Source of the DNA: an uncultured Lentisphaeria bacterium
Lineage (GTDB): Bacteria; Verrucomicrobiota; Lentisphaeria; JABSQK01; JAJFLO01
NCBI GenBank assembly: GCA_951812855.1
Contig: OX638337.1
Location: forward strand, 600,001-632,000
Length of the DNA stretch: 32,000 nt
Direction of reading: 5' to 3'
The notes below the pieces were generated by a model. That model was not told the origin of the DNA. It ran no database searches and worked only from the letters and a program-made list of their open reading frames with translations. The translations under genes were made by a program, and so were the position numbers. Shown here one piece after another: positions 16,778 to 26,351 of this stretch (positions within the stretch are counted from its first letter, which is position 1; the number at the start of each line of letters is the position of its first letter).

Positions 16778-19309
16778 TTAGGAACCTTCTTTTTGTCCAG
16801 ACTCAGCAACTTCGGGTTCATCAAGTATAAACTGCCAGTCATCCGCAAACATCGTATCAGAACCCGCTTCCAACTCTTTGTAGTATTGACCAAGAATTGC
16901 CTGCTGCTGCTGACGCGTATATTGAGGCAGCAGAAATGACTTAATCTGCTCAAAATCTTTGTCAGATGGCAGTGTGTGTTTGGTTATATAGATAAGAACT
17001 GATCCGTTATCCGTATCTTTAGACGCGGCAAGTTGGCCGGCTTTCGTTTCTTCAGCCACAGTTTTAATTATTTCTTTATTTGCATGATTCGGTCCCTGGC
17101 TTAATGAGAACTCTCCGGTTGAAGAAAACCCGACATCACCTTTGGCTTCGGAAAACGGTAACCCCGCATCAAGCTTTTGCTTTATGGTGTCATAGGCAAG
17201 CCGAGCATCTTCTCTCGCCCTTGCAACCGCCTTCTTATTTCGCAAATCACGTTCAGCCAACTTCGCAGTACTTGTCAGCGTAAGTTCACTTTCTCCCTTG
17301 TCATTTAAACTCTTTTCCTTAAACGATGGCAGATAGGAATCCCGCGATGCCTGCCAGCATGCTACATAAAAAGCCTGTCCGGATTCAATGACTTCACTTA
17401 ATGGTTTTGCTCTGCTTAAGGTACTTCCTTCAGTCACCAGTGCTTTTGAAAAATCAGGGATCCCCGGGACACTATTATCTTCTTCCGTGAAAAATTCTGT
17501 TTTGATTGGAATAACTGAATTCATTCCTGTTTTATAATTGCTGCAGAATTTGACAAAAGCATCTGCTTTCATTTCATTATCAACTTCTTGCAATGCTTTG
17601 TGCAGTTCAATTGCAAAAAGTGTTGCCTGCTTTTGTGCCTCCTTTTTGGCAATTTCTCTTTTCTTGGTTTTTAAATCGCTGATAATGTCAGATCTAACTG
17701 TATCAAAGGACTGTTTATCACGTTCATCTAATTTCTGAATGATATGAAATCCAAAACTCGTTTCAACAATGTCACTTATTTCATTTTTCTCCAGGTTAAA
17801 GGCAACATCTTCAAATGGCTTTACCATTTTCCCTCTGCCAAAAAATCCGAGATCACCTCCCCGACTCGCATTACCGGCGTCCTCACTATGTATTTTTGCC
17901 AATTCAACAAAATTATTCTTTTCTTTTGCTTCCGCTAAGATTCCTTCCAATTTCTGGCGTTTCTCTTCTCTGAGCTCATCGGTATCATCCGGATTTACCT
18001 TTAATAAAATATGGCGTGCTTTTACTTCCTCTAAAGCAAACTCAGAATCAAGGTTGTCATCGTAATATTCTCTTGCTTCATTTTCTTCCAAACCGCGTAT
18101 TAGTTTTCTTTCGATCTCTGCTTTTACCTCAGAAAAAGGAACCGTGCCACGGTCTGCTATTTTCTGAACAATGTGATAGCCCCGGGTTGATTCCAGGATT
18201 CCACTGATATCATTTTCGTTCAAAGATGTTACTGCTGTTAAAAAATCCTGACCATACCGTGCTCCTAAATTATTAAGATCCATAAATCCAAGATCACCGC
18301 CTTTTCCTGCACTGACCTTATCGTCACTGGTTTCCTCAGCGATTTTAACAAAATTGTTCGCCGAGACCGTCTTTCCGATTTCTTCAATCTTCTCTTTCTT
18401 TATCTGCCTGACTTCATCCGTATCATCTACTGCTGTAGAAATTTGAATATGTCTTATTTTAGTTTGCTTTTTCGAATACAGTTTATCCTTGTTACTGTCA
18501 TAATATTCCTGTATTTCACCATCTGAAGCACTGAGTTTTTCCAGGTAATCATCAATCATAAATATTGCTGTCTGCAACTGTACCTGTTCGCCAATTCGAT
18601 ATTTATCGTCAAGATGTTTATTAAAATAAATTTCAACTTCTTCATCAGTTACATCAATTTCATTTAAATACTTGAACGAATAAAAATTACTGACTTCAGC
18701 CTCGCATTTTGTAAAATATCCCAAATGTGCAGACCTCATCTCAGGATCTGAAACCGTGACGCCTTCTGTGATGCGTTTCTCGATTCGTTCTACAATAATA
18801 TTTTCCTTGATTATCTCATCAAAATCGCCTTTAGATAACCCTTCTGCTCTTAGAAATGTATCTTCAAACTCCTTAAACTTTTCCATATCAAATTTGTCAT
18901 CTGTCTTAAACCCTGCATAACTCATGATTTTTTCTCTAACCTGATCATCTGTTACAGTATCAATACCCAAATTACCAGCCTGATGTAAGGCCCGCATTTG
19001 ATTTAAAACCTGTTGAGATACAATTTTCAAGACCCCAGGATTACGAAAAATCTGATCATCAGACCCCATATATCGCTGATAATCGAGAAAAAACTTAACT
19101 TTTACACCTGCAAGATGATTGAAAAATTCTGCACGGGTAAATGTTTTCCCATACATGCTTCCCACCACAGGGTCACGGTCGCTGCCACCACTGCCCGGTC
19201 TGAAATCACCGTAAAGAAATACAAACGGAATGATAATGGCACCACCAATAAATGCGTATGTCAAACGCCCATGCTTTGCACAAAAACGGTTAATGCTTGA
19301 AATAATCAT
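16778..19309 (-). CDS. ppiD: PpiD-like periplasmic chaperone / peptidyl-prolyl isomerase with two parvulin domains
   Basis: An N-terminal TM anchor (YAFIGGAIIIPFVFLY) and a SurA-N-like region are followed by two parvulin signatures (GGDLGFMDL...GYHIVQK and GGDLGFFGRGKMVKPFEDVAF...GFHIIQK). The 843 aa frame is uninterrupted. Confidence 0.8.
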   Translation of the reverse strand: MIISSINRFCAKHGRLTYAFIGGAIIIPFVFLYGDFRPGSGGSDRDPVVGSMYGKTFTRAEFFNHLAGVKVKFFLDYQRYMGSDDQIFRNPGVLKIVSQQVLNQMRALHQAGNLGIDTVTDDQVREKIMSYAGFKTDDKFDMEKFKEFEDTFLRAEGLSKGDFDEIIKENIIVERIEKRITEGVTVSDPEMRSAHLGYFTKCEAEVSNFYSFKYLNEIDVTDEEVEIYFNKHLDDKYRIGEQVQLQTAIFMIDDYLEKLSASDGEIQEYYDSNKDKLYSKKQTKIRHIQISTAVDDTDEVRQIKKEKIEEIGKTVSANNFVKIAEETSDDKVSAGKGGDLGFMDLNNLGARYGQDFLTAVTSLNENDISGILESTRGYHIVQKIADRGTVPFSEVKAEIERKLIRGLEENEAREYYDDNLDSEFALEEVKARHILLKVNPDDTDELREEKRQKLEGILAEAKEKNNFVELAKIHSEDAGNASRGGDLGFFGRGKMVKPFEDVAFNLEKNEISDIVETSFGFHIIQKLDERDKQSFDTVRSDIISDLKTKKREIAKKEAQKQATLFAIELHKALQEVDNEMKADAFVKFCSNYKTGMNSVIPIKTEFFTEEDNSVPGIPDFSKALVTEGSTLSRAKPLSEVIESGQAFYVACWQASRDSYLPSFKEKSLNDKGESELTLTSTAKLAERDLRNKKAVARAREDARLAYDTIKQKLDAGLPFSEAKGDVGFSSTGEFSLSQGPNHANKEIIKTVAEETKAGQLAASKDTDNGSVLIYITKHTLPSDKDFEQIKSFLLPQYTRQQQQAILGQYYKELEAGSDTMFADDWQFILDEPEVAESGQKEGS

Positions 19310-19395
19310 GTCACTTAAATTCCTATATTAATATAATTTTTCTCATTTAATTTAGAGAGATCATACCTAAACCGGCAAATACTTTAGTAGGATTG

Positions 19396-19563
19396 TCAAA
19401 TACCATCAATCAATTCGAATTCTGTTTTGTCAACATAACACAATGGACAAACCCAGTCTTCCGGAACATCCTCAAAGGATGTTCCCGGAGCAATCGTTTG
19501 CGTAGGATCTCCAATTTCGGGGTCATATATATAACCACACATCAAACACATATAGTAGTCCAT
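19396..19563 (-). CDS. Rubredoxin (55 aa; below the ORF-track size cutoff)
   Basis: The minus-strand translation is [55 protein letters not shown], with both CxxCG / CPxC iron-binding knuckles and the conserved DP...FEDLPDDW-like core. The + strand ORF 19393..19584 in the track is its antisense shadow. Confidence 0.85.
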   Translation of the reverse strand: MDYYMCLMCGYIYDPEIGDPTQTIAPGTSFEDVPEDWVCPLCYVDKTEFELIDGI

Positions 19564-19684
19564 AAAAATGAATCCGTAAGCTAAGTCAATTTGTAAAATT
19601 TACAACCACAATATATTAACAGAGTTTATTAAAATTTCAGAACAGCTTGAATCATTTAAAGAAGCAGAATAAGAACTCGAAACA

Positions 19685-19956
19685 ATGCCATGGTATGCGT
19701 TTTTCACACGAACGAAAATACTACCGAGTTTCAGTAAAGGGGTTGTCAAACAAGCCCGAATCATCGCAGAAATTCACAATACTTATACAGTATTGACAGT
19801 TTTGAGATTCCGAGATAAAACAGGAAGACTACCTGAAAATTTATCCGATTTAGTTCCGGATTATGTTCAAACAAATTTCGGAAGATACTCTCACAAAAAG
19901 ACCATTCAATTATAAAATTCTGAATGAAAATTTTAGTGGTTTGAATACATATTTTT
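19685..19956 (+). pseudogene. Possible pseudopilin/T2SS GspG-like C-terminal fragment lacking the prepilin leader (weak call)
   Basis: FRDKTGRLPENLSDLVPDYV resembles the Y..d.G.yP..L..Lvp.yl region of GspG-like proteins. After a frame change at ~19888 it reads LTKRPFNYKILNENFSGL. No N-terminal methylation motif is present. The resemblance is short and could be chance. Confidence 0.25.
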
Positions 19957-19995
19957 GAATTAATTCATAGCGGTTCATTTTATTCTTTTCTCCAT

Positions 19996-21351
19996 TTAAC
20001 TCTGCCCATTCATCTCCATTGCCACTGCCTTTATCTTCTTCAAATCTAATTTGCCACTACCAGGCATTGGAATCTCATCAACCTTAAAATAAGCATCTTT
20101 TTTAGGGATCCAAAGATTTGGCAGTTCACCTGCTTTTAACTGATCAGTTAATTTTTCAATATCAATATCCCCGTTGTACAAGACTGCCGGAGATTCCCCT
20201 TTGAGATCACCGGTGCTGCTACTTGAAAAGATTACCGTCGCAAGATTTTTTATCGGATCCGGGTCCTGTTTTTATATAGACGGTTCATTACTTTTGCGGG
20301 TAAAAGATAAAAACCTAAATAGGAAATCAACCTGTATCCCATTGAAATTTCGTTCTTAAAATCCTCTATCCACAGCATTTCCTCTCGTTCTTTAATTTTC
20401 GCCTTTTCGACAAATTCTCTGGATGAAAAAATATGTCGAATCCCACACTTTTAAATTGACGTTGTCAACGGATTCTTCAGAGGCAGTAAAATTCAGATTC
20501 ACAGGACATTTCCCAAGCAGCGAAATGCCAATATTCACTAACCCTGCACCCACACTGTTCGGCAGCATTACACCAATCATATCGTCTTCAGGACAGTGTC
20601 GTTTTATTGCTCGAGAAAAAGCCATTGATGCAATAAATGTTTTGGCATAACTCAGCTCGCTACCCCTGGAATCGACCATACAAAACCGGTTCGGATGTTT
20701 TTTGGCCTGCGAATAAAAACGTAGTGGCAGATGTATATCTTTCCCGGGGCGGAATTGATATGCATCTGCCCCCATTTCAGAGACAACAGCCCTAACCTCG
20801 CTGACTGAGGATTCTGGTGACATGGGTTTACCGAAAGATATTGTAACAGGATACGGAATTCGACTGGGAATTTTATTAAAAAACGTTTCCCCTTCAAAAC
20901 TAAAAATACTGCCCCGGACACGATCAAGATGGACCGGAATAATCGGTGCATTGACCTTTTTCATTATGCGTTCCATACCTTTTTCAAATCGAAGCAAATT
21001 ACCCGTTCGTGTAATCGCTCCTTCTGCAAAAATGCAGACGATCTCCCCATCATTGATATGATCACCTGCTTCAGTGAATGATTCCAATAATTTTTTAGGA
21101 CTGTCGGTATCCGCAATGGGTATAAATTTCATAATTGAGAATAATAATCCCAAAAACTTATTCTCAAATAATGATCGCAGTGACATAAACCGAATCACTC
21201 GCCGGGTACAGGCAATAATCAGACATCGATCAGCAAATGATACATGATTACAGACAAGCAAGGCACCACCGGCAGCAGGAATATTTTCTTTACCAATAAT
21301 TTTAATTTTATAAAGGGTATGAATTATCAGAAAAATGACAAATCGAACCAA
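19996..21351 (-). pseudogene. aas: Aas-like 2-acyl-GPE acyltransferase / acyl-ACP synthetase: acyltransferase module readable, adenylation module destroyed
   Basis: ORF 20392..21351 carries the HX4D acyltransferase motif (CNHVSFAD) and FAEGAITRTG, then the first ~100 aa of an AMP-binding domain, and stops. Region 20182-20391 reads in other frames ...DPIKNLATVIFSSSSTGDLKGES, a degenerate SSGSTGxPKG motif. That motif runs directly into the extreme C-terminus (ORF 19996..20181: ELPNLWIPKK...VDEIPMPGSGKLDLKKIK), so most of the ~500 aa adenylation domain is missing. Confidence 0.75.
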
Positions 21352-22571
21352 AAGTCAGGTAGAAGTTTACATATGTAGATGATAACAAAAAATGATAACA
21401 CACCAAAAATAACAAATATCAACGCTGGATCAACCCGGAGGTACGTCGCTAAAAACCAAAATACAACAGATGCCATCGTCATACTCGAGAATGAAATAAA
21501 ATTTGACGTGGCAAGTATTCTTCCTTTACTGTCTGCCGGGCTGAATTGCTGAATATAAGTGGCAAGAGGAATGATAAAAAACCCGCAACTCGTACCAAAC
21601 AGAAAGAAAGTCAGAACCGTCGCAGGAAATGATCCGTGTGTGATACTTAAAAGCATAGAAAAAATTCCCAGTCCAATCGCACCAATCAGCACTAAACCGA
21701 ATTCAATTTTTTCCTCTGAAAAACGTCCTGCTAGAACACTGCCGAGGGCAACACCAAAACCGATTGCAGCAAGAAGCACACTTGTTCCGGTATCACCAAT
21801 CTGCATGACTGCTTTTGCATAAATCAAAATATTCATCTGATACAGTGCACACAAAAACCAAAAATAGGCATTGCCAATAACGCAAAGGGACATCGCCCGG
21901 CTCTGTTTAATTTCAGTAAAATTTAAATAAATGTCTTTGAGAAAATTAACCTCAAAAGATTTTTTTGAAGCCGAAGGTGGTACATAGGGAATAAATCGAC
22001 TGGAAAAACACCCCAGAATCGCGACACCTATAAAAACGATCGATGTTAAATGAACTTTATAATCAAACCAGAGAAGCAATTGACCTCCAGTTAACGTCCC
22101 CAGAATTATAGAAAGAAACGACCACAATTGTAACAATCCGTTTGCATTTGACAAGTCTTTTTCTGAAAACATCTCCGGTAAAATTCCATATTTTGCCGGA
22201 CTGAAAAACGCACTTTGCGATCCCATCAAAAATAAAACGCCAAGCATGAGTTCTATACTCCCAGACAGAAAAGCAGCAAACCCAAGAGACATGACAATAA
22301 TCTCACATACCTTGATCCAAAAAATGATCGTCGTTTTACTATAACGATCAGCGAAAAAACCAGCATAAGAAGAAAATAACAAAAACGGAATCACCAGCAT
22401 TGCTCCGGCCAATGCAACATATTGTGTCCCGCCACCGGGTTGATCTGCAAAAAAATTAACGGCCAATAGTGAAATTACTAACTTGAATGCATTGTCATTA
22501 AACGCACCCAAAAACTGAGTTACAAGCAAAGCTTTAAACCCATTTGATTTTAGAGAGATATGATTCGACAT
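21327..22571 (-). CDS. lplT: MFS lysophospholipid transporter LplT-like module (out of frame with the downstream acyltransferase)
   Basis: The 414 aa protein has ~12 TM segments and an LplT-like N-terminus (FLGAFNDNAFKLVISLLAV). Its end ...KLLPDFW FDLSFF* overlaps the next ORF by 25 nt. One extra T in the T4 run (A4 on + strand, 21350-21353) would read ...LLPDFLVRFVIFLIIHTLYK as a continuous MFS-acyltransferase fusion. Confidence 0.75.
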   Translation of the reverse strand: MSNHISLKSNGFKALLVTQFLGAFNDNAFKLVISLLAVNFFADQPGGGTQYVALAGAMLVIPFLLFSSYAGFFADRYSKTTIIFWIKVCEIIVMSLGFAAFLSGSIELMLGVLFLMGSQSAFFSPAKYGILPEMFSEKDLSNANGLLQLWSFLSIILGTLTGGQLLLWFDYKVHLTSIVFIGVAILGCFSSRFIPYVPPSASKKSFEVNFLKDIYLNFTEIKQSRAMSLCVIGNAYFWFLCALYQMNILIYAKAVMQIGDTGTSVLLAAIGFGVALGSVLAGRFSEEKIEFGLVLIGAIGLGIFSMLLSITHGSFPATVLTFFLFGTSCGFFIIPLATYIQQFSPADSKGRILATSNFISFSSMTMASVVFWFLATYLRVDPALIFVIFGVLSFFVIIYICKLLPDFWFDLSFF

Positions 22572-22603
22572 AATCAGATTAAATTACAGTTGTCAGTAAA
22601 CCT

Positions 22604-23342
22604 TCATATATGTTGTAATTGTACTGCAGGCAGCATAGACACCTTGCCCGCAATATTAAAACACGGCGGCCAAAACACCTCTGTAAACGCCGCAATAAGG
22701 AGCATGAGCATGACACCATACATCATTTGAATACATTCGATTCCCGCAATACGCAGTGAATGTACCCGACTCAAGTTACCGGGCGAGAGGATAGAATACC
22801 CTGGTCTTAATCCGGCTGCACCTGAAAATAAAATCGCAGTAAGTTCAAATGTGTCATGCCTGATAACAAACGAATAAAATGTTTCCGAATATCCCAAATC
22901 AATGCTATAGACCAGTACCGGTACCACAGGCACGTCACCTGATGATAATGAGACTTTCGCGACACTTATCCAATTACGAAAATAAAATGCCATCAATCCG
23001 GTTCGACACCAAACATGCTCCGATATATAATCCCAAGTATCAAATTCATCACGGGCAGTGTCCAGATGAATCCAGCCCCTAATGGGATAAACTAATCATC
23101 ATTATAAATCCCATGGCAATAAGAATACCGAAAAATGTAAACCAATTATGTTTTATTGCTCTTCGTGATGTCTCCAGCATCTGCCAGGCCTCATTGATCA
23201 TATCATCAAAATTCAGCTCATAATCTCCAGAAAGTGCTTTGTCGATTGACCCATAATTGCCGGGGTCTCCAATAACATCCGGTCTTAAATCATTTTGGGG
23301 TGGTTGGTAAACATCCTCTATGATGAAATCCTTCCAAATCAT
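22604..23342 (-). pseudogene. SpoIIM/DUF95-like integral membrane protein split by a frameshift
   Basis: The C-terminal part (open from ~23092) reads RDEFDTWDYISEH...FRNWISVAKVSLSSG...HDTFELTAILFSGAAGLRPGYSILSPG...LLIAAFTEVFW, matching HGxxELxAIxxAGAAGLxLG...AAxIEAF. The upstream ORF 23079..23342 ends in a TM segment (WFTFFGILIAMGFIMMI) in another frame, directly abutting it. Confidence 0.55.
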
Positions 23343-23646
23343 TTATATAAAAAATCAGGAAAGGAGATTAAGCAGAATAACTGTGAGCACAATATAAATC
23401 AAACAATATTTACTGGAATTCAAATCTGCAGCCGGACAATCCCCAAAAAGTTGGGCATGATTACATCTGTTCAACCGTTGTACTTGCTGCATTATATTAC
23501 GCTGGACTTGAACTTGATGCGTATCAGGTGGTTCGAAGCAAGGGACGATTAATATCGAATCCTGATGTTCAGATTGATATCGAAATCAGAGATTAATTGG
23601 GAAAAAACTTCGAAATTCGATCTTCGTTATTCCAAACCAGATATAG

Positions 23647-24717
23647 ATGATTCAATTCACTTGTAAATATTGGAATTTGAAAACTGCTTCACTTGCCGCG
23701 GGACGTCATAAAGACCTTGACGGTGCGATTGAAAAATTTATTATTGCCGGTTTACCCGATGCTGCGGTTGGAACTATAACTGACAGCGGCGGCGGAGCAC
23801 TTGCGATCGGAAGTCAATTAGATGCTGTAAATAATCAGGTTACAATTAGATTTAGTCCGGCAACGACAGATCCGCTGCCGGTTCAGCAAACCTCTTTTCA
23901 GTTTAATGTACGTGATAATGGAATGGACGTTAAGCAATTAACCAAATTAACGTCAGTGTCTGCGGTTGCGTTATCATTTGTAGTTGATGCAATTGATAAT
24001 GGTAATCCGCCGCAGAAAGATACAGAAACTGCAACGGTATTTTTTATGAATTCAAAACCCGGGACTATTTGGGTAGATGCTGCCTATGCCCATTTATCAA
24101 ATGGTAACGCAGTTGATTTCCCGTTTACAGCAGTTGATGCCGGCAGTTCAGTGGTTGGAATTGATGCATTCGCAACAATTCAGGACGGTATCGATCGTGC
24201 CGGTCAGATTAACGCAGGCCGGGTAAACGTTAATCCGGGGACTTATAACGAGAGTATCGCAATTACAAAGGGTGATTTGACAATTACAGGTGATTTACCC
24301 GCAGCATCAGTTACGGGAGCCGGAGCGAATGCACCGAAAATCGATGGTGCAGACGGGATTGGCAACAGAGCAGTATCGATTGATTCCGGGGTGAGCGGGG
24401 TGACAATTCAAGGGTTTGAAATTGCTGATTACCCGGGAAGTGCGGCGACACCGTCTTATGGTATTCGAGCAATGAATACCGATACATCGTTAATACGAAT
24501 TTTGAATAATCATATCCATAACGTATCTGTCGGGATTGGAGCTTTAAGTAATGATGGTTCAAAGCATGATCAGTGGATTGTCCGGGATAATAAGATTAAT
24601 GACGTATTAACAGGTATAACTCTTCAGAATTCGCCAAATTCGCAGGCTCTGAATAATACAATTATGCGAAATCAAAATACTGCAGGTACACAGGCAGGAC
24701 GTCTCCCGACTCGATAA
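23647..24717 (+). pseudogene. Fragment of a large surface protein: cadherin/Ig-like repeat followed by right-handed parallel beta-helix (PbH1) repeats; no signal peptide
   Basis: VTIRFSPATTDPLPVQQTSFQFNVRDNG...FVVDAIDNGNPPQKDTETATVFF looks like an adhesin repeat. ATIQDGIDRAGQINAGRVNVNPGTYNESIAITKGDLTITGD, GVTIQGFEI, ILNNHIHN and VRDNKIND are beta-helix turns. The ORF begins mid-domain with no leader and ends abruptly. It could still be expressed, so the pseudogene status is an inference. Confidence 0.55.
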
Positions 24718-24885
24718 GTGAATACATAAAATAATTTTTCTATGCATATAAAAATACCCGTCCAGGTGAAATTTTATAGCTTAGCTTGATTTGCATAAAG
24801 CCGTTTAGTTACTCAAATATCAAAATTCCCTTTTTTATCTTTTAATTGATTCAGATAAAAATTTTGAAAGAAAAAACAGGGTGAA

Positions 24886-26076
24886 TTATTCAGACGGCCA
24901 GGGAGTGTCGTTGCGGACATATCGACCGTTTTTCATTTCAGTAAAAAACACCTGTACCAGAGGGTGGACAACTGCCTTATGGGAAATGTCGGGTTCAAGA
25001 CTGCTTTGAGCAGCATATGTTGTGTGATTCGCATTATGAACAAGTACATAGTACCAGGGTTGGCTGCGATTGGGCCGGCTTTGGTTAGACTGGTACCATA
25101 ATGCATCAGCCCTGCATTTATCATTATAATCAACAATAACACCTCTATAGCCATATTGTTTATGTTTTACAATCTGACCCGGTGAAAAAAAGTACTGTGT
25201 ATTACACGGCGTTTCATCATCGAAGAAGGAGTTGGCCAGAGGATGATATTCTTCCATAACAGTAAGTAAATCCAACATCAGTTTACTATTTGATTGTTCA
25301 TTGACATATTGATATGCTTTGATCAGATTTCGTAAAACACGCTCGATTACAATGTCAGAACTCACTGATGTCTGGACGATTTTTTCCAGGTAATTATCTG
25401 AATAATTCGACATTTTAATAAAATCGGCTGATTGAAAAATCTGTCCCTGATTAAAACAGTCTATGAGATGGGGTGTATGATTTAAATCGATCCGAGCCAG
25501 AAAATGCCCGGGAAAATTACAGCCGTGAATTTGTAAATTTAGACGTTGGGCAACCAGGATATACACATAGGTCAAACTTATTGGAATACCGACCTTATTA
25601 TTGACAACACAGATCAGATTGCTGTTCATGGGATTATAATAATCTGTTTCTGTTCCTCTCAGCATCTTGTCTTGAAATAGAAATTTTGCAAGTTGAATTG
25701 ATTCACGAATATCATAAATGTCGTCATACTCATCAGCCAAAAGATCAAGTACCGCAGGAAGCTGAATGGGATAATGAATGCCTAATTGAAACCTGGCAAT
25801 ACAATCAAATGCATTCTCAATTTTTTCGTATTCATCTTTAATGGTTAAAATTGCTCGCCACTGGTGTTTTAACCATTCTTTTCGATTCTTTTGAAAAATA
25901 GGCTCCAACAGCATTTTCTGATCTGTATTTAACGTAACCCGGAGATCATATATATCGTCTTCTAACGATGTCCCATGCTGATCGAGTTCACTCAGAATTG
26001 TTTTTTGAATCGAGATAGAATCGTCATCAAGAAGGTTCAACAGGAAGGGTAATTGTGATTTATCTGCTTTACTCAT
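24886..26076 (-). CDS. Fusion protein: SirB1/UPF0162 transglutaminase-like + TPR-like region fused to a YccV/HspQ hemimethylated-DNA-binding domain
   Basis: The central segment DYYNPMNSNLICVVNNKVGIPISLTYVYILVAQRLNLQIHGCNFPGHFLARI...LIDCFNQGQI matches SirB1-type proteins. The C-terminal FSPGQIVKHKQYGYRGVIVDYNDKC...QPWYYVLVHNANHTTYAAQSSLEP matches YccV/HspQ. The 396-codon frame is intact. Confidence 0.8.
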   Translation of the reverse strand: MSKADKSQLPFLLNLLDDDSISIQKTILSELDQHGTSLEDDIYDLRVTLNTDQKMLLEPIFQKNRKEWLKHQWRAILTIKDEYEKIENAFDCIARFQLGIHYPIQLPAVLDLLADEYDDIYDIRESIQLAKFLFQDKMLRGTETDYYNPMNSNLICVVNNKVGIPISLTYVYILVAQRLNLQIHGCNFPGHFLARIDLNHTPHLIDCFNQGQIFQSADFIKMSNYSDNYLEKIVQTSVSSDIVIERVLRNLIKAYQYVNEQSNSKLMLDLLTVMEEYHPLANSFFDDETPCNTQYFFSPGQIVKHKQYGYRGVIVDYNDKCRADALWYQSNQSRPNRSQPWYYVLVHNANHTTYAAQSSLEPDISHKAVVHPLVQVFFTEMKNGRYVRNDTPWPSE

Positions 26077-26180
26077 CGCTATTATAATGGAATTTAGTTA
26101 TATAATTGATATTTGTACTCAACATATTTATGCGTGTGCTAAAATTCAACGATCCTCCGACTCATTTTACTCTAAATACG

Positions 26181-26351
26181 CTATGCGAGGGATGAGTCTA
26201 ATATCTTTAGTGAAAAAATCTTTAGCCCATCGACATGTTTATTCCGTAAATTCATCATAACAGAAGGAATTTTACGTTGGTTGAAGCCTTCTTGGTATAA
26301 CGCATAAATCATATCTCGTTGAGTGAGGGTTAAATGTTTATACTCTTTCAT
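26181..26351 (-). mobile_element. IS30-family transposase N-terminal (HTH) remnant; catalytic DDE region deleted
   Basis: The minus-strand translation MKEYKHLTLTQRDMIYALYQEGFNQRKIPSVMMNLRNKHVDGLK... follows the IS30 N-terminal pattern (M..Y.HLT..ER..I..L...G.S.R.IA..L.R). It stops after 56 codons, and only ~100 nt remain before the neighbouring gene. Confidence 0.6.

Noticed and set aside
19393-19584. The + strand 63 aa ORF listed in the track.
   Set aside because: It is the antisense shadow of a textbook rubredoxin on the minus strand (19396..19563). It starts at TTG and has no recognisable motif.
21327-21353. Programmed ribosomal frameshift joining the LplT and acyltransferase ORFs.
   Set aside because: The overlap contains only a T4 run (GAC TTT TGG), with no recognisable slippery heptamer or downstream stimulatory structure. 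The downstream adenylation module of the same gene is clearly degraded. A mutational shift, or separate TTG re-initiation, is more economical.
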